Assembly (NCBI GenBank): GCA_965205915.1
Contig: OZ242191.1
Span: 100,383 to 164,382 of the forward strand
Length of the DNA: 64,000 bases
Direction of reading: 5' to 3'
Origin: Dehalococcoidia bacterium
GTDB taxonomy: Bacteria > Chloroflexota > Dehalococcoidia > UBA6926
Below the pieces are notes generated by a model. The model saw only the letters and a list, made by a program, of their open reading frames with translations, ran no database searches and was not told where the DNA came from. Positions 16,624-26,727 of this stretch are shown one piece after another; position 1 is the first letter of the stretch, and each line of letters starts with the position of its first letter. Position numbers and translations under genes: made by a program.

Positions 16624-18957
16624 ATGACGATAACGCCCGCGTCGCTGCAAGAGCGATACGACATCATTGCCGCCCTCCCGGGAACTTCTCTTTATTCCGT
16701 CTATTCCGCCATCGAACGCGATAGCGGTGACACGGTCGAGATTCGCGAGCCGCGCTTTCGCGCGCTTGAGGACACATCCACGCTCGTGCCGTTCCATGCG
16801 CTCATGGATCGGCATCAGGCCGTCCATCACGCGCACTTGGGCCGTCTGCTGGATGTTCCCACGGAAGGTGATTCCTTTTGGATGGTGTACGAGCCGGCCC
16901 GCGGGGAGCAGCTGCGCGGGTGGCTGACGCGGGGCTTGCAGCTTGATGAGGCGCTTCAGCTCATCGCGCAGGCCGCGTCCGGTCTGCAGGCGCTGCACGA
17001 CGCGGGGCTGATTCATGGGGACGTCAATTCTCGCAACTTCTTTGTAACGCCGGTGACGGGCGCTCAACTACGCAATGCAGGACTGTCCGAGTTGTCGAGT
17101 GGACTGAGCGGCCTGCAAGCATCGTTGCAGATTCCCCTGCCGCCCTATATGGCGCCGGAAGTGCTGCGCGGCGCGGAGCCGGGGCCCAAGTCCGATATTT
17201 TCGCGCTGGGCATGGTGTTGTATGAGACTTTGACCGGCCACCTGCCCTTCACCGGCAACACGCGCGACACGGTTCGCGTGAAGCAGCAGGAAGGGCGGAT
17301 CGCGCCGGTCACGACTGTCAATGCGAACCTGCCTGCCGCGCTGAACGAGATTGCCGCCAAGGCCCTCGCCTGGGAGCCGGAGGGACGGTTTGAATCGGCG
17401 CTTGAGATGCGCGAGACGTTGCTGGAGTTCAGGAATAATCTTTCCGCTCCCGAGGCACAGATTGTGGTTCCGCCTGAGCAGGCGCGGCAGGAAATCCTGG
17501 ATGATATTGCGCAGTTTGAGCCGGCACGCATTGATGAGGTGACCGCGGCAGCGGGCGAGTTCCGCGTCTGTGCTGAGTGCCTGACGGTGAACTTGGCAAG
17601 CGTTACTCGCTGTGCCATGTGCTGGCGTGATATACGTGACGTGCCGATCCGGAGCAGGATCGAGGGCGAGTCGTTTGCCCAAAAGACCGAGCAACGGAGA
17701 AGGATGTGGAAGTGGGCCCGTCGCGGTTCGGTCGTCTTAGTAGCCGTCGCGCTACTCGCGCTGTTTATGTATGATCGCGGCGCGCCTCCCGGCCTGCTGA
17801 CCGGCCCGCCGACAACAACTCTCACTGCGCAAGTGGGGACAGGACTGTGGACTACTCCGCGCGGCGGGGCCGCCGGTATCGGGGGTGTTGCCAGCGCCGA
17901 TGTTGTTCCACAGGGTAGTGAACGCTGGAGGGCGGACATCGGCTCCGCGGTGCAATCGTCGCCGACCGTTGCGGACGGGCGCATTTTTGTCACCACGCGT
18001 GACGCGCGGGTCATGGCTTTTTCGACCGAGGACGGCTCCATCCTCTGGGAAACGGAGGCGCCGGGCCCGGTGGATGCGGCGCCGGTGATTGCGGGAGACC
18101 GTATATACGTGCCGTATAGGAATGGAAGACTTATTTCATATGACACAGCCACAGGAGAGGAGTTGTGGGTAGCCAGGATTTCGAACCCGCTCTACTCGTG
18201 GGTCGTCGTCGACGACGGCAGCGTGTATGCGGCTTGCCAGGACGGCGTGATCCAGGCGTTCGACGCAGGCACGGGCGAGAAGAGGTGGGAAATCGACACC
18301 GGAGGCGGGATGTCGGCCGCTCCCTCCATCAGCGAGGGTCTGCTCATCGTGCCGACGCAGGATAGGCAGATACTGATTCTCGTGGGCGAAACGGGACAGA
18401 CACGGCTAGCCTACGTACTGCGGGGAACCGTCGATGGCGGCGCGGCGATCAGCCATGGCACGGCGGTTATGGGTGATCTGGAGGGGCTTGTCCGAGCGAT
18501 CGATATTCGGGCACAGAATCTTCCTCTGGAAAAGACGGTTCTGCGCTTCTGGGCGCAGTTTTACATCTGGGGCATGGCGCCCTTTCCGCCTGCGCAAAGC
18601 GGGGTTGTGTGGACACACCGCATCGGCGAGGAGGTTCGGGCTCCTGCTGCAATCGCCGGCAATCGCGCGTACTTTGCGACGACGGAGGGCAACGTCTACG
18701 CCTTCTCGCTCGGGGGCGGTCAAGAGCTCTGGAAGACACCACTAGCAGGCGATCCTGTTAAGCCCGGCGCGCCAACGATTGTGGGCGATATCCTGTTCGT
18801 CGGGTCGGACAGCGGAAACCTTCACGCCCTGAACGCGGTGACGGGTGATCCGTTGTGGAACCTGGGCCTGAACGCGCCGATGTCGGCCGCGCCCGCCTAC
18901 GCCGACGGCAATCTCTATCTCCTGACCGAGACCGGTATCCTGTACGCCGTCGAGTAA
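16624..18957 (+). CDS. Hanks-type (pseudo)kinase + zinc ribbon + TM + PQQ/BamB-like beta-propeller
   Basis: YMAPE and SDIFALG retained; CAEC..CAMC ribbon; TM helix; repeated SSP/AAP..DG..Y...G.L.A.D...G...W blades. Confidence 0.85.
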   Translation: MTITPASLQERYDIIAALPGTSLYSVYSAIERDSGDTVEIREPRFRALEDTSTLVPFHALMDRHQAVHHAHLGRLLDVPTEGDSFWMVYEPARGEQLRGWLTRGLQLDEALQLIAQAASGLQALHDAGLIHGDVNSRNFFVTPVTGAQLRNAGLSELSSGLSGLQASLQIPLPPYMAPEVLRGAEPGPKSDIFALGMVLYETLTGHLPFTGNTRDTVRVKQQEGRIAPVTTVNANLPAALNEIAAKALAWEPEGRFESALEMRETLLEFRNNLSAPEAQIVVPPEQARQEILDDIAQFEPARIDEVTAAAGEFRVCAECLTVNLASVTRCAMCWRDIRDVPIRSRIEGESFAQKTEQRRRMWKWARRGSVVLVAVALLALFMYDRGAPPGLLTGPPTTTLTAQVGTGLWTTPRGGAAGIGGVASADVVPQGSERWRADIGSAVQSSPTVADGRIFVTTRDARVMAFSTEDGSILWETEAPGPVDAAPVIAGDRIYVPYRNGRLISYDTATGEELWVARISNPLYSWVVVDDGSVYAACQDGVIQAFDAGTGEKRWEIDTGGGMSAAPSISEGLLIVPTQDRQILILVGETGQTRLAYVLRGTVDGGAAISHGTAVMGDLEGLVRAIDIRAQNLPLEKTVLRFWAQFYIWGMAPFPPAQSGVVWTHRIGEEVRAPAAIAGNRAYFATTEGNVYAFSLGGGQELWKTPLAGDPVKPGAPTIVGDILFVGSDSGNLHALNAVTGDPLWNLGLNAPMSAAPAYADGNLYLLTETGILYAVE

Positions 18958-18964
18958 CCACGCG

Positions 18965-20068
18965 ATGGACGTGGGAATCATCGGGCTCCCCGCAAGTGGG
19001 AAGACCACCCTTCTCAACGCTCTGACGCACGCTCATGCTGAAACGGGCGGGTTCAGCGCCGCCGCGTCACAGCCGAACCTGGGAGTGGTGCGCATCCCGG
19101 ATCCGCGCCTGACACGCATCACAGAGCTTGTTGAACCTAAACGCGTCGTGCGTGCGGAACTCTCATTCATCGATATTCCGGGACAACCGCCCGAAATGGG
19201 CAAGTCTCGCGGCATCCAGGGACAGTATCTGCTGGAAGTCAGCCAGGCCGACGCGCTGTTGCTTGTCGTGCGGGCGTTTCGGTCACCCGCCCTGCCCGAC
19301 CCCGTGCCGGAGACCGACCTTGAGGCAATGTTGATGGAGATGGTCTTCGCGGACATGGGCATCGTTTCACGGAGGCTTGAACGCATTGAAGGTTCGCTGA
19401 AAAGCGCGCGTACGTCGGAACGAGAGGGGCTGATGGCCGAGGCGGGTTTGCTGCGTCGGCTCCACGCAGCGCTGGAGAACGGGGATGCTATCCGAAGCGT
19501 AGATATGACGCCGGACGAGGCGCGGATGATTTCCGGTTTCACGTTTCTGACGACCAAGCCGCTGATCATCGTCCTGAACATCGCGGAGGATGATCTGCCG
19601 CGGAGTGATGAGCTTTCGGCGGAGTGGACGGCAGAGCACGGCGGGCCGACAACGGGCTGCATCGCGCTTTCCGCTCGGCTTGAGGAGGAGTTATCGCAGC
19701 TTGAGCCGGAGGAGGCCGCTGCGTTTCGTGAGGAGATGAGCGCGCCGCACGATCCAACGGGCGCTCTCGCGCGTCTCGCGCAGGCGGTTGCAGGCTTGAT
19801 CACGTTCTATACGGCGGGGCCTGAAGAGACGCGGGCGTGGCAGTTGGAGGCGGACACGCCTGCCCCACGCGCCGCCGGCAAGAAGATTCACACGGACATG
19901 GAGCGCGGTTTTATCCGCGCAGAGGTCACGTCCTACGACGATTTCCTCGCGGCGGAGGGCAAGTTCCCTGAGGCGAGACGACACGGCACGCTGCGGCAGG
20001 AAGGCAAGACCTACATCATCCAGGACGGGGACGTGGTGACGTTTCTGTTCAACGTTTCGGGGCGGTAG
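18965..20068 (+). CDS. ychF: Redox-regulated ATPase YchF (Obg family)
   Basis: GIIGLPASGKTT, VRIPDPRL, IHTDMERGFIRAEV, GKTYIIQDGDVVTFLFNV. Confidence 0.92.
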   Translation: MDVGIIGLPASGKTTLLNALTHAHAETGGFSAAASQPNLGVVRIPDPRLTRITELVEPKRVVRAELSFIDIPGQPPEMGKSRGIQGQYLLEVSQADALLLVVRAFRSPALPDPVPETDLEAMLMEMVFADMGIVSRRLERIEGSLKSARTSEREGLMAEAGLLRRLHAALENGDAIRSVDMTPDEARMISGFTFLTTKPLIIVLNIAEDDLPRSDELSAEWTAEHGGPTTGCIALSARLEEELSQLEPEEAAAFREEMSAPHDPTGALARLAQAVAGLITFYTAGPEETRAWQLEADTPAPRAAGKKIHTDMERGFIRAEVTSYDDFLAAEGKFPEARRHGTLRQEGKTYIIQDGDVVTFLFNVSGR

Positions 20069-20076
20069 GGTGGATG

Positions 20077-20100
20077 GATTCCCGCTTTCGCGGGAATGAC
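20077..20100 (+). repeat. Family A REP between convergent genes
   Basis: GATTCCCGCTTTCGCGGGAATGAC. Confidence 0.9.
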
Positions 20101-20107
20101 GGGGTCG

Positions 20108-22438
20108 TTAGTCCTGGGCGTCCTGGATGGCGCGCCAGACTCGTTCGGGGGTTAGGGGCATTTCGATGTGGCGGACGCCTAGCGGCTCAAGCGCATCAAC
20201 GACTGCGTTTACCACGGCTGACGGCGCGCCGGTTGTCGGGCCCTCACCCATTCCCTTGACTCCGAGCGAGTTCAACGGGGATGCCGTCTCTGAGAATGCG
20301 ACGATGAACTCCGGCGTCATCTCAGCCGTCGGGATCGCATAGTCCATCAGGGAGCCGTTCAGCAGTTGCCCGGCCTGGTCGTATTCGGAGATCTCGTAAA
20401 GCGCCTGGCCTATGCCCTGAGTTGCGCCGCCATGCACCTGACCAACCACCGTCATGGGGTTCACGATGACACCCTGATCATCCACGGTGTAGAGGCGTTG
20501 GAGGTCAACATCTCCGGTCTCCGGATCAACATCAACGACGGCGATGTAGGTGCCGAAGTTGTACGTCAGGCCGGTGGGCTGGAAGAAGGAGTCCTCGTCG
20601 AGGCCGAACTCCATGTCCGAGGGGCGGGCAAGCACCTGGAACGATGCCGCGGCCACCTGAGTGAACGGGAGTCTGCGCCTCTCACCCGCCGTGCCGACGA
20701 ACACGCCGTTCTCCAACGTGACCTGTTCGGGTTCGCATTCAAGCATGTGGGCGGCGAGGGCAAGCATCTTGTTGCGCACCTTTTCGGCGGCGATTTTGGC
20801 GGACATGCCGCCGGTGACGAGCCCGCGGCTGCCATAGGTACCCACGCCATGCGCGACGGTAGCCGTGTCCCCGTGCAGGACATTGACATCGTTGTCAGAG
20901 ATGCCGAATACGTCGGCGACGATCTGGGCGAAGACGGTTTCGCCGCCCTGCCCGTGCGGGGATGAGCCGGTGAACAAAGTGACCTTGCCGTCACGGGCGA
21001 CACGCACCCTGCCCCACTCGTAGCGATTGCTGCTTGGATCAAGCGGGCTGGGGCCGGAGCCACCCGTCTTGACCCATGAGGCGACGCCGATGCCCATGTG
21101 ACGGCCCTCGGCGCGGGCCTGCGTCTGTTGCTCGCGCAGTTGCTGATAGTTGCTGAGTTCCATCACCTGATCGAGCGATGCCTCGTAGTTGCCGCTGTCG
21201 AACATGTCGCCGCCGCCGGAGCGGATGGGCTGGTCAAATGGGGGCAGGTAGTTGCGGCGGCGGATTTCGGTCGGGTCGAGACCAAGCTCTCCGGCGAGGC
21301 GGTCCATGCCGCGTTCGATGAGGTGGATGCCCTCCGGCCTTCCCGCGCCGCGATACGGACCCTGCGGCGTCTTGTTCGTGTAAGAGTTGTGAACCTCAAA
21401 CTCCACGTTGGGGATGTGGTAGACGCCGGTGGAGATCATGGCGGAGGAGGCGGACAACTGCGGCTCCGGGCCTTTGGCGTATGCGCCGAGATCGTGCAGG
21501 TGGCGCACACGGAGGCCGGTAATCTTGCCCTCGGCGTCCGCGGCGACCTCAAGATAGGATGTCTTGCCGCGCGCCTGGTGCATCGCAAGAAAATCCTCGG
21601 AGCGGGTGGCGACCCACTTGATGGGGACGCCCAATTCTTTGGATGCGATGCATAGCAGCGCGTATTCGGGGTCTTCATGCTTGACGCCGAAACCGCCGCC
21701 GACGTCCGGCGCGACGACGCGGACGCTTTCCTCCGGCAGATGCATGATTTCGGCGAGATGATCGCGTAGGGTGTGCGGCGTCTGCACCGTCGCCCACAGG
21801 CTCATTGTTTCCTGCACGCGGTCCCAATGGGCTAGACCGGCGCGCGGCTCCATCGGCACGCCGTGGATGCGCTGGTTGACGATGCGCTCCCGGACGATGA
21901 CCTGGGCTTCCTCAAAGGCTTGAGATACGTTGCCGAGCCGGTAGCGCCATGAGACGAGGCCGTTCGGCTTGTCCTCATGCACGCGCGGCGAATCGTCGCG
22001 GAGAGCGGTTTCGATGTCAACGACGGCTTCGAGTGGCTCATAGTCGACAAAGATGAGATCGGCGGCGTCACGCGATCCGTATCGGGAATCGGCTATGACG
22101 ACGGCCACGACCTCTCCGACATGGCGGGCCACATCGACGGCGATGAGGTCATACGGAACAGACTCCGTGTCGTAGAAGGCGAGCGGGACGGTGGGGTTGG
22201 TTCCGTAGCGCGGGTGGATGTCTTTGCCGGTGAGGACTGTGGAGACGCCGGGCGTCCGCAACGCTTCTGAGGTATCGATGCTGCGGATGCGGGCGTGGGC
22301 GTGCGGGCTGCGAACGAACGTCAGCCACTGAGTGCCGGGGATGGAGATGTCCTCAACGAACGCGCCGTTGCCTCGCAGGAGTTTCTCATCTTCACGGCGA
22401 GCGACCGATTGACCGACGAGTTTGGTGTCCGTGGCCAT
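20108..22438 (-). CDS. Xanthine dehydrogenase/CoxL-family molybdopterin-binding subunit (copy 2)
   Basis: RREDEKLLRG, VAPDVGGGFG, PYRGAGRPE, GVKGMGEGP. Confidence 0.93.
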   Translation of the reverse strand: MATDTKLVGQSVARREDEKLLRGNGAFVEDISIPGTQWLTFVRSPHAHARIRSIDTSEALRTPGVSTVLTGKDIHPRYGTNPTVPLAFYDTESVPYDLIAVDVARHVGEVVAVVIADSRYGSRDAADLIFVDYEPLEAVVDIETALRDDSPRVHEDKPNGLVSWRYRLGNVSQAFEEAQVIVRERIVNQRIHGVPMEPRAGLAHWDRVQETMSLWATVQTPHTLRDHLAEIMHLPEESVRVVAPDVGGGFGVKHEDPEYALLCIASKELGVPIKWVATRSEDFLAMHQARGKTSYLEVAADAEGKITGLRVRHLHDLGAYAKGPEPQLSASSAMISTGVYHIPNVEFEVHNSYTNKTPQGPYRGAGRPEGIHLIERGMDRLAGELGLDPTEIRRRNYLPPFDQPIRSGGGDMFDSGNYEASLDQVMELSNYQQLREQQTQARAEGRHMGIGVASWVKTGGSGPSPLDPSSNRYEWGRVRVARDGKVTLFTGSSPHGQGGETVFAQIVADVFGISDNDVNVLHGDTATVAHGVGTYGSRGLVTGGMSAKIAAEKVRNKMLALAAHMLECEPEQVTLENGVFVGTAGERRRLPFTQVAAASFQVLARPSDMEFGLDEDSFFQPTGLTYNFGTYIAVVDVDPETGDVDLQRLYTVDDQGVIVNPMTVVGQVHGGATQGIGQALYEISEYDQAGQLLNGSLMDYAIPTAEMTPEFIVAFSETASPLNSLGVKGMGEGPTTGAPSAVVNAVVDALEPLGVRHIEMPLTPERVWRAIQDAQD

Positions 22439-22457
22439 CACAGTGTCCTTTCTTTTC

Positions 22458-23330
22458 CTAGACCTGCGCTCGCTCGACGGCTTGCGTGAGGGCGCGGCGC
22501 GTCAACACGCGACAGAGATTCTGCCGATATTCGGGCGAGCCGTGCAGGTCTGCGATGCATTCGAGGTCGTCAGCGGCTGTCGCGGAGGCGGCGGCGATTG
22601 CGTCCCGAGTAGGCACTTGCCCTCTCAGCGTCTCTTCCACAGCCGTTGCGCGTTCTGCGCGCGATGCCGCGCCGGTTATGCCGACGGCCACGCGGGACAA
22701 GTAACCACTGTCATCCAAGCCAACGACGGCGGCGACGCCGACGATGGCAAAGTGGGATGCCTTGTTTGCGAACTTGATGTAGGACGCGCCGGTGCGGCCG
22801 TCCGGGATGGGAATGATAACTTCGGTGATGATTTCGTCCTCGGCGAGAGTGCTTATGAAAGCGTCCATGATGAGCTCATCGATGGACACAACGCGGATGC
22901 CGTTCGGGCCTGCGACTTGCGCCTGGGCATCAAGGGCCAAGAGTGTAGCCGGATAGTCCGCGACGGGGTCAGCGTGGGCGATGCTGCCGCCAATGGTGCC
23001 GAGGTTGCGTACCTGGACATCGGCAATCTCCGCCGCCGTTTCGCCGAGAACCGGCAAAGTATCAAGCACTACGTCGGAACCGGCGACGTAGGCATGGGTT
23101 GTCATCGAGCCGATTCGCAAGTTCTTGCCGTCCGTGCTGATGTGGGAGAGTTCGCCGCGCGTCTTGCGGAGATCGACCACGAGGCCGGGCAGCGCGAGCC
23201 GCAGTTTCATCATTGGAAGGAGGCTCTGGCCACCGGCGATGATCTTGCCCTCTCCCGGCCGCTGTTGGAGGAGGGTAATGGCCTCCGCCACGGAATCGGG
23301 GGCTGCGTAGTCGAAAGCTCCGGGAATCAT
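22458..23330 (-). CDS. CoxM-like FAD-binding subunit
   Basis: MIPGAFDY, IAGGQSLLPMMKLR, QVRNLGTIGGSIAHADP, DLHGSPEYR; ATGA overlap with the upstream large subunit. Confidence 0.93.
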   Translation of the reverse strand: MIPGAFDYAAPDSVAEAITLLQQRPGEGKIIAGGQSLLPMMKLRLALPGLVVDLRKTRGELSHISTDGKNLRIGSMTTHAYVAGSDVVLDTLPVLGETAAEIADVQVRNLGTIGGSIAHADPVADYPATLLALDAQAQVAGPNGIRVVSIDELIMDAFISTLAEDEIITEVIIPIPDGRTGASYIKFANKASHFAIVGVAAVVGLDDSGYLSRVAVGITGAASRAERATAVEETLRGQVPTRDAIAAASATAADDLECIADLHGSPEYRQNLCRVLTRRALTQAVERAQV

Positions 23331-25690
23331 GATGGGTCTCCATTCTGCGCGTCCTGGATGGCGCGCCACACACGCTCCGGCGTCAGCGGCATCGCGATGT
23401 CACGGAGGTTGAACGGGGCGAGCGCGTCAACAACTGCATTGACGACGGCCGGGGGCGCGCCCGTCGTCGGCCCTTCTCCCATGCCCTTGACGCCCAGCGG
23501 GTTGGTGGGCGATGGGGTCTCAATGAATTCGGAGACAAACTCCGGCATCATCTCCGCCGTTGGCAGCGCGTAGTCCATCAATGACCCGCTGAGCAACTGG
23601 CCGTTATCGTCGTACACGATGTCTTCATAGAGCGCCTGGCCGATTCCCTGCGCGGCGCCGCCGTGAACTTGCCCCTCCACGATGACGGGATGGACGACAA
23701 CGCCCTGATCATCCACGCAGAACAGCTGCTGCAGGTCAACGTCGCCCGTTTCCGGGTCAACCTCCACCACGGCTACATACGTGCCGTAATTGAATGTGAG
23801 GTGAGTCGGTTGATAGAACGAGGATTCGTCCAGGCCCATTTCCATGTCGGGGGGGCGATCCAGAACCCGGTTGATTCGGGCAGCGACCTCGCCGAAGGTG
23901 ATGGACGCGCCGTTGGCGGTGAACGCGCCGTCGGCGTACGCTACGCCTTCCGGGTCAGCGCCGAGTGTGTGAGCGGCAAACCGGGTCATCTTATCCAGGA
24001 CCTTTTGGGAGGCCTGGAGGACGGCCATGCCGCCCACGACCATGTTACGGCTGGCAAATGTGCCCATTCCATAGGTGACCACCGCTGTGTCGCCGTGCGT
24101 CACGGAGATATCGTCCAGCGGGACATGGAGGGTGTCGGCGGCCACCTGCGCGTAGGTCGTGTAGTTGCCCTGCCCGTGCGGCGAGGAGCCCGTATAGATG
24201 GTCACTGCGCCGGTGGGAGACACTTTCACGCGTGCCCACTCCGGCATGGACGAGGAGGGGTCCAGGGACGAGGGGCCAAACCCACCGGTCTTGACCCAGG
24301 ACGATAGCCCGATTCCCAGGTATTGTCCGTTCTCACGCATGGTGCGTTGTCGCGCGCGCAAGCCTTTGTAGTCACTGATCTCCAGAGCGCGCTCCAGGCC
24401 CTGCTGGTAATTGCCGCTGTCGTAGATGTCCCCGCCGGGGGTGCGATAGTACGGGAACTCTTCCGGTTGGATGAGGTTCCGTCTGCGGATTTCCGCAGGG
24501 TCTATGTCAAGGTCACGGGCAAGCATATCCATGGCGCGCTCGATCAGGTAGATGCCCTCAGGTCGACCGTACCCGCGGTAGGCGCCCTCGGGCGTGTGGT
24601 TGGTATAGACGGAGTGGACTTCAAACGCGGCCTCTCGAATGCCGTAGACGCCTGTGGCGATGATGGCGGAGGTTTGAGCGACGATTGGGGTTGCGCCCTT
24701 GGGAAACGCGCCCAGGTCCGTGGTGTGGTGGAGGCGGAGCGCCTTGACGCGGCCGTCACGGTCCGCGGCCACCTCAAACCGGGAGGATTTTCCACGCGCA
24801 TGGCTGAGGGAAAGGAACTCTTCCGAGCGCGTGGCGGCCCACTTGACGGGCAGTCCGAGGTCCATCGACGCGATGGCCAAGAGGAAATACTCCACCTCCC
24901 CGCCGTGCTTTGCGCCGAATCCGCCGCCCACGTCCGGCGCGACGGAGCGAATCTGCTCGGGAGAAAGCCCCAGCACCTCCGCCATCTGCGTTCGCAGCTC
25001 ATGCGGGCCCTGAATCGATGACCAGACGCTGAGGAATCGCGTGGCGGGGTCCCAATGGGCGATGCCGGCGCGCGGCTCCATGGGCACGGCGTGAATACGC
25101 TGGTTCACAAAGTCATGCCGCAAGATGATCTCCGAGTCCTCAAACGCGCGGGACACGTTCTCCGTGCTCTTGAGCCAACGAACCTGCTCATTGGAGCGGC
25201 CATCATGCACTTCCGGCGCGCCGGGTTGCATCGCCTGCTCCGGCGTGTTCACCACCGGCAGTGGCTCATACTCGACCATCAGCAGATCAGCCGCGTCGCG
25301 CGCCGCCTCTTTGGTTTCTCCAACGACGATCGCGACGATTTCCCCGGCGTATTTAGCCTTGTCTGTGGCGATGAGTGTGAACGCGGGGACGCCGGTCTCA
25401 TTGTCGCGGTTCTCCGCGTCCCGCACGGCGAGAACCGGCGGAATGGGGTGATAGCGGGGGTGGACATCCGCCCCGGTGAGAACGCGCAACACTCCCGGAT
25501 AAGCCAGCGTGGCCGAGGAGTCGATGCTGACAATACGAGCATGGGCGTGCTGGCTACGGACAAAATGCGCCCAGACGGTTCCAGGCAGGTTGATGTCGTC
25601 GGAGAAGGCGCCCTGCCCGCGCAACAGGCGATCATCCTCCTTGCGTCGGGGCGATTGGCCGATCTGGCGGGTCGTGCTGCTTGTCGTCAT
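23327..25690 (-). CDS. Xanthine dehydrogenase/CoxL-family molybdopterin-binding subunit (copy 1)
   Basis: RKEDDRLLRG, VAPDVGGGFG, AYRGYGRPE, GVKGMGEGP. Confidence 0.93.
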   Translation of the reverse strand: MTTSSTTRQIGQSPRRKEDDRLLRGQGAFSDDINLPGTVWAHFVRSQHAHARIVSIDSSATLAYPGVLRVLTGADVHPRYHPIPPVLAVRDAENRDNETGVPAFTLIATDKAKYAGEIVAIVVGETKEAARDAADLLMVEYEPLPVVNTPEQAMQPGAPEVHDGRSNEQVRWLKSTENVSRAFEDSEIILRHDFVNQRIHAVPMEPRAGIAHWDPATRFLSVWSSIQGPHELRTQMAEVLGLSPEQIRSVAPDVGGGFGAKHGGEVEYFLLAIASMDLGLPVKWAATRSEEFLSLSHARGKSSRFEVAADRDGRVKALRLHHTTDLGAFPKGATPIVAQTSAIIATGVYGIREAAFEVHSVYTNHTPEGAYRGYGRPEGIYLIERAMDMLARDLDIDPAEIRRRNLIQPEEFPYYRTPGGDIYDSGNYQQGLERALEISDYKGLRARQRTMRENGQYLGIGLSSWVKTGGFGPSSLDPSSSMPEWARVKVSPTGAVTIYTGSSPHGQGNYTTYAQVAADTLHVPLDDISVTHGDTAVVTYGMGTFASRNMVVGGMAVLQASQKVLDKMTRFAAHTLGADPEGVAYADGAFTANGASITFGEVAARINRVLDRPPDMEMGLDESSFYQPTHLTFNYGTYVAVVEVDPETGDVDLQQLFCVDDQGVVVHPVIVEGQVHGGAAQGIGQALYEDIVYDDNGQLLSGSLMDYALPTAEMMPEFVSEFIETPSPTNPLGVKGMGEGPTTGAPPAVVNAVVDALAPFNLRDIAMPLTPERVWRAIQDAQNGDPS

Positions 25691-25700
25691 AGCACTCACT

Positions 25701-26180
25701 TCACGTAGAGAGTTTGTCCGCCGCAAGTTCGATCGCCAGGACGATGTTTTGGTAGCCGGTGCAGCGGCACATGTTTCCGGCGAGGGCATGGCGAATTTCG
25801 TCTTTGGTCGGGTTGGGATTCTCGCTCAGCAGGGCCTTGGAGAGCATCAACATGCCGGGCGTGCAGAACCCGCATTGGAGGCCGTGCTTGTCCGCAAAGG
25901 CCTGCTGGATGGGGTGCAACGGGCTATCGGGGTCTGCAAGGCCCTCAACAGTTTCGATCTGCTGGCCATCGGCCTGCACCGCCAACATGGAGCAGGCTTT
26001 GACGGCCTGGCCGTTGAGCAAGACGGTACACGCGCCACATTGGGACGTATCGCAGCCGACGTGCGTGCCGGTCAGGCCGATGACGTCACGGATGGCGTGT
26101 ACAAGGAGTAAGCGCGGCTCACCGGTGATTGAGTGTTCCGTGCCGTTTATCGTCAGCGTCACAGGGATTGAATCTGCCAT
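25701..26180 (-). CDS. CoxS-like (2Fe-2S) subunit
   Basis: GCDTSQCGAC, LQCGFCTPG, GNMCRCTGY. Confidence 0.95.
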   Translation of the reverse strand: MADSIPVTLTINGTEHSITGEPRLLLVHAIRDVIGLTGTHVGCDTSQCGACTVLLNGQAVKACSMLAVQADGQQIETVEGLADPDSPLHPIQQAFADKHGLQCGFCTPGMLMLSKALLSENPNPTKDEIRHALAGNMCRCTGYQNIVLAIELAADKLST

Positions 26181-26262
26181 TGTGTTGCCCACCCCCAGCT
26201 TATGTTCGTCCTCGTGAGGCGATGCTATGCCGACGCGGGGCAGTCGGTCAACTATTTTGGGC

Positions 26263-26718
26263 TTACTGTGATGCTTTAGATGATTCGCCCGCTTCGCGGG
26301 ATAGCGCCTCAAAGAACTGACCCATCAACATACGTACAGCGGTTTGGATCATGCGGGAGCCGATCTGGGCAATCGTTCCGCCCACTTGCGCTTCCGCCTC
26401 AACGGCAACAAGGGTGCCGTCGCCGTCCTCGCTCAGCGTGATAGCGCCCTCGCCGGACACGAAACCCGTTGGGCCCTGGCCTTTCAACGTCATCTTGTAG
26501 GACTCGTTCACCGCCACGTCTTCTATCTCCACCGTTCCTTTGAAACGACCGCGGATGGGGCCGACACCGACGGAGAGCGTGGCGGAAAAGCGTGTTGGGG
26601 TTTCGGCGTCGAGGGTTTGGCAGCCGGGAACGGTGCGTTGGAGGGCGACGGGGTCGTGCAGGAGTTGCCAGACGCGTTGGCGGGGGGCGGGGATTGTGTG
26701 GCTGCCGGAGATGTTCAT
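26263..26718 (-). CDS. CoxG-like (SRPBCC) accessory protein
   Basis: VWQLLHDP..L..TVPGC, VGGTIAQIGSRMI. Confidence 0.88.
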   Translation of the reverse strand: MNISGSHTIPAPRQRVWQLLHDPVALQRTVPGCQTLDAETPTRFSATLSVGVGPIRGRFKGTVEIEDVAVNESYKMTLKGQGPTGFVSGEGAITLSEDGDGTLVAVEAEAQVGGTIAQIGSRMIQTAVRMLMGQFFEALSREAGESSKASQ

Positions 26719-26727
26719 AGATAGATG

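Noticed and set aside
20108-26718. Aerobic CO dehydrogenase (form I)
   Set aside because: Neither large subunit has AYRCSFR, and coxD/E/F are not adjacent.
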